Part shown: positions 26,620-39,778 of the stretch, piece by piece
Position numbering within the stretch: the first letter of the stretch is position 1
Layout of the letters: each line of letters starts with the position of its first letter
NCBI RefSeq assembly: GCF_006345805.1
Contig: NW_021834894.1
Coordinates: 1-62,258 of the forward strand
Origin: Octopus sinensis
Lineage: Eukaryota
Reading direction: 5' to 3'
Length of the DNA stretch: 62,258 nt
The notes under the pieces: generated by a model
What the model saw: the letters and a program-made list of their open reading frames with translations, nothing else
Database searches by the model: none
Told to the model about the DNA's origin: nothing
Program-made: the position numbers and the translations under genes

Positions 26620-26827
26620 GTAAATATATATAATAATATATATAAATAAAGTAAATATATATTATATATATATATATATAATAAGTAATATATTATATAT
26701 ATATATTAAATAAGTATAAATATATATATATATATATATTATATATAAATAAGTAAAATTATATATATATATAATATATATATATAAATAAGTAAATATA
26801 TATATATATAATATATATATAAATAAG

Positions 26828-26862
<35 letters not shown>

Positions 26863-26866
26863 TAAG

Positions 26867-26903
<37 letters not shown>

Positions 26904-27226
26904 GAAATATATATATATATATATATAAATAAGTAAATATATATATATATATAATATATATATAAATAAAAATAATATATATATATATATATAAATAAGT
27001 AAATATATATATATATATATATATATAATAAATAAAATATATATATATATAAATAAATAAAAAATATATATAATATATAAAATAAGTAAAATAAATAAAT
27101 ATATATATATATATATAAATAAGTAAATAAATAAATATATATATATATATAAAATAAGTAAATAAATAAATATATATATATATATAAATAAGTAAATAAA
27201 TAAATATATATATATATATAAATAAG

Positions 27227-27267
<41 letters not shown>

Positions 27268-27268
27268 G

Positions 27269-27314
<46 letters not shown>

Positions 27315-27375
27315 TATTATAATATATAAATAAAAAATAAATATATAAATAAATAAATATATATAATTAATATAA
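25881..27375. repeat. AAATAAGTAAAT(AT)n minisatellite, continuing the array left of 23873
   Basis: Same unit on both sides of the insertion; the 226-aa Y/I ORF is an artefact. Confidence 0.9.
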
Positions 27376-27802
27376 ATAGGTAGATAGATAGGTGTATATG
27401 CTGATAGACATGTATTCATTTAATGAGTATATATGCTCGTTATGTACACAGATGGATAGATAGATGTAGATATAGTAATCCCTCACCATGTCACCGTTTA
27501 TCTATCGCGGTTTATTATTTAAGCTTGCATCAATCCCTCTGGCATTTTGCATTTATAATAAAATAAATAGATAGAAGTTATAAAAATGTTAGAGAAATAT
27601 ACAGTACAGTACTGTTTGCACTTCATGGATTTTCACCTATCATGGGGGAGGGGTGTGTTGGAACGTAAAAAGCCACGATGGTTGTGGGATCAATGTGCAT
27701 CCATAATTTTATATATACATAATACGTACAATCATGTATAATATCGGAAATGTATGACACAACTTGTATGATGTCAGTGCTCATATACTACAAACTTACA
27801 CA

Positions 27803-27849
<47 letters not shown>

Positions 27850-28859
27850 TGTAATCTTGTAATGTCTATACACACATTAATACACACATATAGTCATATA
27901 TTCCTGCATCTGTTTAATTGGAGTCTGGACAGCTCTCCGGCTGATCGCCTCCTGTCAAACTGTCTAACCCATTCCAGCATGGAAAACAGACGTTAAATGA
28001 TGATGATGATGATGATGAGGCACACACATGCATATACATGCACAACACATATAGATGCTCATATTACATGCACACACACACAGATGCACACATGCACATG
28101 CTTGTGCACACATGCACATCCACTGTCACACTCACGCACATCTCTCTCTCTCACACACACATACACACACACACACTTGTACTCTGTGTTCAACGTCCAA
28201 TTAGGTAGTATCTGTGTGTGTATATATGTGATTGTCTGTTTGTATTGCATATGTATTTATGCAAGTTTTTATGTATGTGTATATATATTGGTGTTTTTAT
28301 CTCCATGCAGACACGTTTACGTAAATGGATGTGTTTAGTCACATACGTGCGTGTGTCTGTGTGTGTGTATGATATTATTCCACTGTTCTGTCCTTAGCAA
28401 ATATTTGGCAAGCAACTGAGCAGATAATATCAATTGTTTCTCCAAACTATTCTCATCTACCCTGATGTCTAAAATTGGACATCTAATCATATTTGGTTCT
28501 TCCACATGGCAAGGCTAAAATGTCATTGGAATGATTTAAGTAGTATGTACATGTCTCTTATTGTTGATATGTATGTGTCTGTCTGTCTGTGTGTGTGATT
28601 TTGTGAGTGTGTGGATCTTGTTGTATGGGCATGTGCATTGCATTTACCAAAATTTTACATATGCGTTTACTCACATCTATTGAATTTTAATAAATTCGAT
28701 AAAATCTAAAGGAATTAACTCAAACAGTTAATAACATGAATGTTATATATTATTTTGTAAAAATATGTTTTGTTTTTATCTCTTCATAATCCTATTATGT
28801 GTATGTGAGAGGAGAGAGAGAGAGAGAGAAGGCATGTGTTTGCATGTCAGAACCTCTCC

Positions 28860-29520
28860 TGCTTGTTCATTCTTGTCACACTTGTTCACTTGTCATACTC
28901 ATTCATTTGTCATACCTGTTGACTTTTTATACTTATTCACTTGCCATACCTTTTCATTTGCCATACTAGTTCATTTGTGCCATTCTTTTCACTTCTTACT
29001 CTTGTTCACTTGTCATACTCATTCGCTTCTGTTAAACGCTTCCGTACTTGCTTATCATACATGTCCACTTGTGTCTTACTCGTTTACTTCTGTCTTTCTT
29101 GTTCACTTGCGCCTTACTTGTCCACTTGTGTCTTACTCATTCACTTGCATCTTACTCATTCGCTTGTGTCTTACTCGTTCGCTTGTGTCTTACTCGTTCG
29201 CTTGTGTCTTACTCGTTCGCTTGTGTCTTACTCGTTCGCTTGTCTTACTCGTTCGTTTGCATCTTACTTGTTCACCTTTGTCTTTCTCATTCACCTGTGT
29301 CTTTCTCGTTCACCTGTGTCTTTCTCATTCACCTGTCTTTCTCGTTCACCTGTGTCTTACTCATTCACCTGTGTCTTACTTGTTCACCTGTGTCTTACTC
29401 ATTCACCTGTGTCTTACTCGTTCACCTGTGTCTTACTTGTTCACTTTTATCTTACTTGTTCGCTTGTCTTACTCATTCGCTTGTCTTACTTGTTCGCTTG
29501 CGTCTTACTTGTTCACTCAT
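28860..29520. repeat. 19-bp minisatellite TC(G/A)TTC(G/A)C(T/C)TGTGTCTTAC
   Basis: About 20 clear units at ~29130-29520 plus degenerate units upstream; explains the three overlapping L/C/V/S-rich ORFs. Confidence 0.9.
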
Positions 29521-30949
29521 GTCAGAAGTTTTCATACTACTTCTAGCACACTCCTTATGAAGAATATAGTGTAAACAGTTGGGCACCATAGAACAGACAA
29601 TAGACTTGCATTAGTTATTAACATAATTTCATTTTAATTTGAAGAGTTCAAATTCTACTGCAGTCAACTTTGCCTTCTGAATGAAACTGAAGAAAAGGAG
29701 ATGTATAGAAACCCATCATATGAATTGCACCTGTAACCCAAATGAGATAGTCTTGTCATACCCGTTGTGCTCTCTTGATTGGTCATAAGAATTATGCTAC
29801 AGGTGCACATGTACTTGTGGAATAATACTCAGTCACTTTCAGGTTAAAGTCATGAGCGTATAATTTGGCTGATTGAACAAGTGAATCTTATTTTTGAATG
29901 ATAGAGATCTATCATCATCATAGGTCTTGTTTCCAATGTGGCACGAATACGATGGTTTAACCACATTAAGTTCCAGCTTCATTTTATACAGGGTTTCTGC
30001 AGCTGGATGCCCTTCTTAACACCAAATATACAAATAAGATGCAGGCATGGCTGTGGGGTTAAGAACCTTGATTCTCTATGAAATGGTCTTGGGTTCAGTC
30101 CCACTGTATGGTACCTTTGGCAGGTGCCTTTCTATAACAGTCTTAGGCTGACCAGAGCTTTACAAGTTGATTTGGTTGATGGAAGCTGAAGTGCATCACT
30201 TACTCGTAAAAGGGTGCATATGTTTCTGTTTACCATTTTGCATGGCATCATGTGATTGTTGTAAACAAGCATGTGGTATGTAAAAAGCACCATTTGAGTG
30301 TGACCAATGCCAGTGTCACCTGACTGACTCGTAAGAAGCATCATTCAAGCATGGTCAATACCAGTGCTGCCTGATTCATCCCCATCTCGGTGGTACATAA
30401 AAAGCACCATTTGAGCATAATCGGTGCCAGTTGTATGTAAAAAGCACCATTCAAGTGTGGTCGATGCCAGTACCACTTGACTGGCTCCAGTGACAGTGGT
30501 GCATAAAAAGCACCATTTGAGTGTGGTCAGTGCCACCTGACTGGCTCCCACCCACTACATTCTTGGAGTGGTTGGCTTTAGAAAAGACGTCCAGCTGTAG
30601 AAACCTTGCCAGAACAGATTTGTGCCTGGTGCAGACTCCTGGCTTGCCAGTCCTCAGTCAAACTGTCCAACCCATGCCAGCATGGAAAGCAAATGTTAAA
30701 CGACGTCGATGATGATGATCACCATCATTCAAGCAATGTTGTTCATTTCTAGTCCTCTGTGGGATGCATGTCTGGCTATGGGGAAATGTTACCTTGTTTG
30801 GAGATCAGTGAGGGCTTGTGACAAAAAGGGCATCCAGTTGCAGAAAATCTGCCTCAACAAATTCTGTAAGTAAGGAAAGGTAGATACTAAATGGCAATAA
30901 TGATGAAACATATACTCGTGTACACACATGTATAACATGTAGGTAGGAC

Positions 30950-31237
30950 ATTATTTAAATTATTTACATTTGACGGATATTTATCCTCATCTTGTTTGTT
31001 GTTAACACAACGTTTCGGTTGATACACCCTCCAGCCTTCATCAGAAGTCTTGGGGAAATTTTGAACCTGGATTCTCATTCCTAAGGTCACATCAAAAAAT
31101 AATACCTTAGGAATGAGAACCCAGGTTCGAAATTTCCCCAAGACACCCGATGAAGGCTGGAGAGTATAGCAGCCGAAACGTTGTGTTAACAACAAAGATG
31201 ACAAATATCTGTCAGATATAAATAGTGTAAATAATTC
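30950..31237. mobile_element. Hammerhead repeat, locus 3: two tails in head-to-head inversion with both tRNA heads missing
   Basis: Arms ~30955-31087 and ~31102-31235 are reverse complements. Plus hammerhead 31142-31187: GACAC-CCGATGA-A-GGCTG..CAGCC-GAAA-CGTT-GTGTT. Minus hammerhead: GACTT-CTGATGA-A-GGCTG..CAACC-GAAA-CGTT-GTGTT. Confidence 0.9.
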
Positions 31238-31835
31238 CACATCACTCAAATTTAGAAATGTATGTAGGAATTCTATATTGTGTAACAATATATTCTGTAA
31301 GGGCACAAGATGTGTGATGGGAGCACAGGTATGTTGAGAGGGAATACTTCCTCTGTGGCAGATCTGCTGGAGTATCTTTCTGTGAGTGCACCTATGAAAT
31401 AAGCTCTTTCACAGACTCAGAATTATAGAAGAGCCAAGCTAAGTGATTATGAATCTGGTTTTGTAACCCTCAGATCCTGGTTCCAATTTCATTGCATTGT
31501 ACATAGGCAGATGTTTTCTTTTACAATGGACCTGACAGTAAAATCAGATGGTAGCTATGTAGAAGTCTGTTTGATTCTGTGATACATATCTTGTCTTTAT
31601 ATGGGAATTGCACTCGAGATACTTATGTCCATGGAATGCTCGGCTGGTTTGGACACTAGATAAGTTAAAAGGTCTTCTTGTTGATCAAGAAAATAAATGT
31701 CATTTGTCATTCTCAGCAAAAGAGTTATCATCATCACCAACACCATTAAATTTATGTGTGCGTGTGTGTGTACAAATACCTATACTCATACACACACTGA
31801 GATGCATGCATAAGATTGTGCATATGTACACACAT

Positions 31836-31870
<35 letters not shown>

Positions 31871-32112
31871 AGCATTTGTATGGTGTGTGTGTGTAATGTA
31901 TGAATATATGGATGCATGTATACACATCTGTGTGTGTGTATGTGTGTGTATTTGTATGCAGACTTTCCTTTATGCATATTTTATGAAACAAAACTGACAT
32001 CTTGTTAACCAACTTAATGATAAACCATTGATATTATCTAATGGTGTGTCTGGCTATTAGATAGGAAAGGATTGCTATAGAAACACACATATGCATGCAC
32101 CCCCTACACACA

Positions 32113-32149
<37 letters not shown>

Positions 32150-33692
32150 TTACACTCAATTGATCTTCTGTCTACACTTTTGGCCATCTTTACTACTGAG
32201 AATAAATTCCAAATAAATTCTCTTTGCTATGCTAATGTAGTATGATAATGAAACAGATGTCTATGTTTTTCTATAATTTCACTGGTGAGGAGAGTAAGGT
32301 GTCCATAGGTCAATATTGGCCTTGTATCTGCATGGTCAACCTTGTGTGTAGACTTGGACAGCGTTTGTTGAAGAAGACTCGTGGCTACATATGTCTGCCA
32401 GTCGTCAAGTTTTCCTTTCCTGTATTACGTTTACACAGAGGAGAGGCCCTCAGCTTGGGTTCATATGACAAGGTATCTGTGTAATTGTTGATGGCACTTT
32501 CAGGATAAAAGAGCTGGAACAGGTATTGCATGACATCTATTTATCAGTGTTTCTGATCCACTGTTCAGGGTTAGGGTGGTATTTATTGGCCCTGAAATAT
32601 TGAGAGACAGGGTTGACATCAGTGGAAATTGAACTCAGAGTGTGGAGATTCAGAATGAATACTGTGAGGTACAGCCCAATTATTTTGCTGTTGGACATGA
32701 GAATGGTTGTGTATAATGCTACTGCTCATTTACATCCTCTACAGGATATCACAAGAAGGGTACATACAATCATACACACACTCATGTGCACACACATATA
32801 AGGCTGCTTTCAGTTTCTGTCTACCAGATCCATTTACAAGGCTTCAGTAGAAGACACTTGCCAAAGGTATGCTACACAGTGGTACTGAACTCAAAGCAAC
32901 ATGGTTGAAAAGCATGCTTCTCAGCCATACTGCCACATCTGTGGGCAGCCTGGTTTTGTATTTTGGACATCTTCATCATGGAGTTACAGAACAGTAGATT
33001 GTGGATGAATAATATTATCATTGTAATTGTCTTTGTTTTATGTTTTAGAGGAAAGGAAAAATAGGAGAAATTGAGCTGGAATCAGAAATAGTTATAGACC
33101 TCGAAATAATTTTAAATGACACCCTGTAAAAAGCACTTGTTGCTGGCTCCACAAAAATGTGCTGATACTGGCGCTACATAAAAGAGCACCTGTGCCGGCG
33201 CTATGTACAAAAACACCTACGCTGTTGCTATATAAGAAAGCACCAATTATACACTCAGAGGGATTGGCATTAGGAAGGGCATCCAGCTATAGAAACCAAG
33301 CCAAATCAGACTAGAGTCTGGTACAGCCTTCCAGTTTGCCAATGCTGGTCAAACCGTCCAATCCATGCCAGCATGGACAATGGATGTTAAATGATAATAC
33401 TGATATATACAAGGGGGTACTGAAATGTTCCTGGCTTTGGGTAAAAGAAAATGCAGGAGGATCAGTTACTTATGATTCTATCCAATATATTCCCCTCTCA
33501 GATTCACACACTTATAGAACCAGTCCTTCAGTTTTCTTAAGTCCTGTAAAAGAATTTGGAAAGTTGGTATTCTAAACAGGCCTTTCACTATACTTTTAAT
33601 GCCAGGAACTTTTCAGCTGCCTCTCATATATGTGTACATACACATATATAACAAATATATATGATGATACACACACACGCACAAACACACAT

Positions 33693-33736
<44 letters not shown>

Positions 33737-33994
33737 TTCCTGTTCACCATGTGGTATTTTCAAAGTAATTGTTATCGCTAAATACTAACATCAAACTACT
33801 ATATCATATGACCTTTCTCGACAAATCGCAGGCTAACGTCCAGTAGTAAACATTGACCCTACAATCGAACTCACATTCAGACCTCAATGGCCGAAGACAC
33901 ACTTGAAACTCAGAGTACTAAGTCGACTGAATCAAACTGTTTTGATCTCTCTTTCTCTCTCACATATATATATATATATATATATGTATGTATA

Positions 33995-34048
<54 letters not shown>

Positions 34049-34247
34049 CACCAGAGTAAGCACATAAATCTGAAACAAGGTGGGGAAAAATATTACTTGA
34101 ATACCAGAGGTAGAGTATTATGCTTTAATACTAAAGCTGCAAAAACATCACAAAAATATCACAAAAATTTGCTACTCAGAATTTCATGTTCCTAATTGTC
34201 AGACAGTTGTGACTCTTATTAGAGTACACACACACACACACACACAC

Positions 34248-34310
<63 letters not shown>

Positions 34311-34550
34311 TGTGTCTGGGGAGAGTCATTCTCTTTTAGTGCTTTATCATTCAGCAACTATTGAAAAGGTTGCAAGATGCAATGAAAATTTTAGAAAAAT
34401 AAATACATGAGTAGAAATTTTATCGGTGAGTGTGTTAAACAATAAGGCACTAAAAGAGAATGATTTTCCTGAGACACAATAAAGTTTGCTTCAACACACG
34501 AACTCACATAAAGAATCTTGCAAACCAAAGCCAAAAACGAAATATCTATA

Positions 34551-34615
<65 letters not shown>

Positions 34616-35261
34616 TAACTATATAATGTTTGTGTGTGTATATCTCATGCTATCGACCAGACTCTCAGACGTTATACGTTGCTGGTCACAATGCACTGTG
34701 CATCAATTTAGCTTTGGAATGATGCCACCCAGCTGGGTAGGCATGAATGGAAGACTGCTCTGTCACAGGGTGTACCCATTTACAGCTGAGTGGACTCTAG
34801 TGACATGAAATGAGGTGTTTTGTTTAAAAACACAATGCACAGCTCGTCTGGGAATTGAAACCATGATCACAAGGGCAACACTTCTAACCACTTGGGTATG
34901 CACCTTCCCATACGTGTGTCTGCGTGTGGTTGCAAATGTGTTTTTGTATTTGTGTGTGTGAGTGTGTTTGTATATTTGTGATTTTTGTGTCTGTAGTATA
35001 TACAAAAATGAGGCAAATTTAACTCTTTCTCTATAGATTGAAAAAAAAAAAAATGAACTGCCTTAATTGATTTTCAAACTTTATTGGGTTCTGTTCACTC
35101 TCTCCATATATAATACACCAAACACACACACACCACCACGCTACACCACAGCACACACATATTTATAGTACGTACAATATAGCCTCAGACACATACAACA
35201 CTAACACTTTCTCCTGTTTGTACTTTTTTTTTTCTTTTTTTTTTTTCCTCCATTTCCCAAG

Positions 35262-35361
35262 AGTGTCAGTTCTGATAATGTGATGTAAACGTGCAATAAT
35301 GAATGTCGTGTCCAGTAGCTGTTTTGGCAAATATTTTCATTTACTTTCACAGCTCAACTGT

Positions 35362-35456
<95 letters not shown>

Positions 35457-35696
35457 TAATACTATTAAAACTATTACTAATGCTGGTGCTGCTGCTACTA
35501 CTACTACTACTACTACTAATAATAATAATAATAATAATAATAATAGCATTGAAAAGAATTCCCTCTTCATTGCAGATAAGGAAGGGCTTCAAAGCCTGAA
35601 AAGAAGCCCAGTCAGTCTGTCTGTGTGTTCACCTGCATTCCTTAAGGAATCTCTTGTTGTTGTTCTTACTCCCAGGAATTCAGTCAACAATGGAAG
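35262..35696 (+). other. Candidate exon (5'UTR or uORF-bearing) with (ACT)n/(AAT)n tracts
   Basis: ~50-nt polypyrimidine tract + AG at 35260-35261; ATG at 35299 opens a frame running to AG|GTAATG at 35696/35697. No homology recognised. Confidence 0.3.
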
Positions 35697-37789
35697 GTAA
35701 TGATGTTTTAAAACGGTGGTGGTTTGGTCTAGATTTCCTAAGTTAACAGTTGTTTATGTTCCAAAGTTCCTACCCAGGCTTGTTCCAGCTCCTTAATAGA
35801 TAAATAAATAAATATCGTTTGTAAAAAACATTAATCCAAAAGAAGCCGCACACTTTGAGATGTAGGGCAGTATATATTAAAAATGAGGAAGGCCGGTTTA
35901 TGGGATTACTTAGATGTCCTGTCCATAAAGGGCTTAGCTTTATGGCATATCATTAGATCCCAAAAACCTGGGATGATGTGCTTGGTGTGAGGGCGGTAGG
36001 ATGAGGTGAAGCCAAGGTAGGAGTATGTGTGTGTGTATTCACACAAACAGACATATTAGTGGCTTTTATGAGGGGCAGTGTGTATACCCCAGTCATTGTT
36101 GTAAGAAGTTATTCCTTTTTTAGTAGCTATTTTCTTTTTTTTTTAATACGTTAATGTTAAATATGCATCGAAATATACTATTGATACTTTGCATGTTATT
36201 GGTTTCATTCACACATGGTATTTCCCGCTCATATAACGACCACGCCATGTAGTTATTTTCAATTCTATCCTATTGCTATAGAGAAGCAGAATGTGTTTTA
36301 GCTTTGGATCTGAAGGAATGAGTGTGTTGTTTATGACTGCTTTTAAATGTGTTCTCCTTTACTCTCATGCAATTCTTTACGATACCACCTGTGATGTTAT
36401 ATTAGCTCTGTACACTTGTCTTTGTCAGGCACAAACCTTGACTTGGGCAGGTAACAATGTTGCTGCACTTGAATTCTCATGGTTGATTTAGTTTATTCCT
36501 GGTACTGTTACTTCTGTTGCATTGAGCTGAATTGTGAATTATTTAATGCAATTCTAACATTTACTCTATCCTCATAAAATATGTAATACATAATTGATAC
36601 AAATATGAACATTTTAAAATTTGATTGCTCATAATATCATTAAGTCTTGTATCAGCAGCTTCTTCCTTTCTTTTGTGTGTACAAAACTTGAACGCTTCCT
36701 TTACATTTTCCACTGTCAACTGGTGTGCATTTATTGTATGTGATCTGCTGAAATACTTGGGTACACACATGCTTAAAGACGTTTCTAATCTGCTACTGGG
36801 TTTAGGTGACAGGAGGTGGAGTTTCTGTTCATAATGATTGAAGCTGAAACACACCGGAAGGAAAGTCCTCAAGGAGAGGTCACTTGCTCAAATATTCGAT
36901 TGGATTGCAGTTCACTGCAGCGCAAAGGCCCAGCATGTTCTCTCCGTCAACCGCAGCCTGATGTGGAGGTCGTGGATTTGAGCTTGAGATTATGCGGTTT
37001 GATGAACCTACTCTGTCACACTGGCTCTACATGGCTTGGCAGAGAGGTGCAGTTTTTGTACAGTTAATTCGGTTACATCGACCCCAGTGCTAAGACAGCA
37101 AGATAGCAGAACTGTTGTAGCATAAGAAAATATGGTTGTGGTTTGTCCCCATTACTCCGTAAGGAGCACAGGGCTGTTTTCCTGATTTCACTGGCATATA
37201 TATTTCTTCTCTAGACGAGACACCGGTCCGTCGTGGAATTACTCATTCTTACCAGCCAAGTGGACTGAAGTAGCATGAAAATGAAGGAAAGAATGAAAGT
37301 CAAAATCCGCATCTGTGGAATTTGAACTGAGAATGTAAGGACGGACGAAATACCATTAACCATTTCGCCCAGCGTGCTAACCATTCTGCCACTTCGCTAC
37401 CTATAGCTCAAATATAACAATGTGTAATAATCCTTTCTACTGGAAAAACAAAGCCTCAAATTTGGAGGAAGGGATTAAGTCGATTACATCGACACCAGTG
37501 CGTACCTGGTACTTATTTAATCGATCCCGAAAGGATAAAAGGCAGAGTTCACCTCACCGAAATTTGAACTCAGAACGTAGCGACGGACGAAATATCGCCA
37601 AGCAATTTCGTCCAGCGTGCTAACGATTCTGCCAACTCGTTGCCTTAACATTGTGTAATAGCAACGTTGTTTCTGATTTTGGCACAATGCCAGCAGTTTT
37701 TGAAGGGTGGTGGTGTATTAGTTGATATTTTCAACCCTAGTACTTGTTTAATATTTTGTTGACCATCAAAGTATTACGATTATAATGAT

Positions 37790-38088
37790 AACCTGAGTTA
37801 TCATTCCTAAGGTATTTTTCGATGTTGTTGTTACTGTTGTTGTTCAGGTCACTGCCTGGAATCGAACTCGGAACTTTGGGGTTAGTAGTTCTCACTCTTA
37901 ACCACTACGCCATATTCCCGTGGGCATTAATAATATTAATAATAACAACATCGAAAAATAGCTTAGGAATGAGAACCCAGGTTCGAAATTTCCTCCAGAC
38001 ACCTGATGAAGGCTGGAGGGTATATCAACCGAAACGTTGTGTTAACAACAAACAAGATGAGGATAAATATCCGTCAAATGTAAATAAT
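37790..38088. mobile_element. Hammerhead repeat, locus 4: minus-strand tRNA head plus partial tail (37919 to ~37790) joined to a plus-strand tail (~37921-38088)
   Basis: Minus head GGGAATATGGCGTAGTGGTTAAGAG...GAGTTCGATTCCAGGCAGTGACC; junction CATATTCCC-GT-GGGCAT. Confidence 0.9.
37998..38043 (+). ncRNA. Minimal type I hammerhead ribozyme motif (best-preserved copy of the family)
   Basis: GACAC (stem I)-CUGAUGA-A-GGCUG/CAACC (stem II, one mismatch)-GAAA-CG-UU (palindromic ACGU stem III; GUU cleavage triplet, cut after 38038)-GUGUU (stem I). Activity untested. Confidence 0.75.
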
Positions 38089-38485
38089 TTCATGTTATAC
38101 AAAAGGAATTGCGAGGTGTATCAGAAAAGAAACTGGACTGGAGTCAGAAAAATTTAATGTTACATCCAAGCTACAAAATACAAATTTTCCCCTCCGAAAA
38201 AAACAAACCAAAACACCCTCGAGTCTAACGCACTTTCTCATCCTTCTCCAGCATGCCTCTATGCACTCTTGGAGAAAAAGGAAAAATCTAACGGAGTCTG
38301 GTCGGGTGAGTAGGAAGGCTGCTCCAGCACAGCGATATTGTTCTCAACAAGGAACTGCTGGATGCTTTGAGTTTTGTAAGCTGGCGTATTGTCATGGTGA
38401 AGCAGCTACGAGTTGTCCTGCGCAACACACTTGTAAATAGTCGAGCAGTGAGCCGAGAATCGCTACGGTCCACCTGTCACATGTA

Positions 38486-39778
38486 CGAGGGGCGTTCAAT
38501 AAGTAATGCCCCTGACCCACTTCCCATAGCAGTAGAGCAACGAAACTTGGCACACTTATTAGTCTTTTTCTACATAGGAACCACTCAGAGTTACACATTT
38601 CTCCCTTCGTTTGATGCAACTCTGGAGACCGTTTTTGTAGAAGACCCCAGCTTGGTCCTCCAACCACGACGTGACTTCAGAAATCAAGGCTGCATCATCT
38701 GGGAAACGCTTTCCTTTCAAAAACAACTTCATGGCTAGAAAGAGGTGAAAATCAGAGGGTGCAAGGTCAGGAGAGTAGGGGGATGGGGGAGGAGTTCATA
38801 GCTGCACGCTTGTGCTTCTGATCTGGCGACACGCGAGTTGTAGACCGGAGCGTTGTCCTGCAGGAGGAGGATGCCTTTGCTGATCTTGCCCCGCCTCTTG
38901 ATTTTGATAGCTTCTCTTAATTTCCTCAAAAGTGAAGCATAATAGGCTCCTGTAATTGTGGTACCCTTTGCCAGGAAATCTGTCATCACTACTCCGTCCT
39001 GGTCCCAGAAGACTGTGAGCATGACCTTGCCAGCGGAGGGCTGCACCCTTGCCTTCTTTGGAGGAGGTGAGTCACGGAGCTTCCACTGCATTGACTGGGC
39101 TTTGGTCTCTGGATCATAGTGATGGACCCAGGTTTCATCCTGTGTAATCAGTCTTTTGAAACATTTTGACTCATCGTCTTGGCACATCTCCAAATTCATC
39201 CTCGAGCACTCAACGCGTTCTTGCTTCTGGAAAGGTGTGAGCAACCTGGGAATCCATCTGGCAGACACCTTTTGCATATGCAAATGGTCATGAATGATAG
39301 TTTCCACAGACCCGGTACTAAACTTGACCTCATGGGCTATTTGGCGAATAGTTATGCGTCGATCTTCCAAAATGGCAGCCTCAACTTGACGGACAGATGC
39401 CTCATCAATGTCAGAAGGGGGGGCGACCAGATCTGGGAGCTGTTTCCACAGAGTTCTAACCATGTTTGAATCCACGATGCCAGCGTTTTACAAGGTCATA
39501 TGATGGGGCATCATCACTATAAGTTACTTTCATTACATCAAAAGTCTCCCGTGGTGTGCGTCCTTTCAAATACAAAAACTGGGTCACTGCTCGACACTCA
39601 ACAGGCTCCATTTCACACTTGACTCAGTTCAAACACCTGTATATCAGAAACCACAATTAGTTCAGAGCTGTAATTTGCTACTTAATCTATAGAGATATAA
39701 ATAATTGCACATGTAAATTTTCAGCTAGATCAAATAACTGCAAGTGGGTCAGAGGCATTACTTATTGAACGCCCCTCG
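38486..39778 (-). mobile_element. Full-length 1293-bp mariner (DD34D; irritans-like by motif style)
   Basis: 37-bp TIRs CGAGGGGCGTTCAATAAGTAATGCC(C/T)CTGACCCACTT at 38486-38522 and 39742-39778 with one mismatch; TA duplications at 38484-38485 and 39779-39780. Confidence 0.97.
38559..39611 (-). pseudogene. Mariner transposase, ~350 codons, one nonsense codon and two homopolymer frameshifts
   Basis: MEPVECRAV... (ATG 39611); TAG at 39458-39456; +1 in the G7 run 39417-39423; WIPRLLT, ITQDETW and LLQDNAP motifs; -1 in the G5 run 38778-38782 restoring HPPYSPDLAPSD (34 residues between D2 and D3); ends YVEKD* at 38559. Confidence 0.93.
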
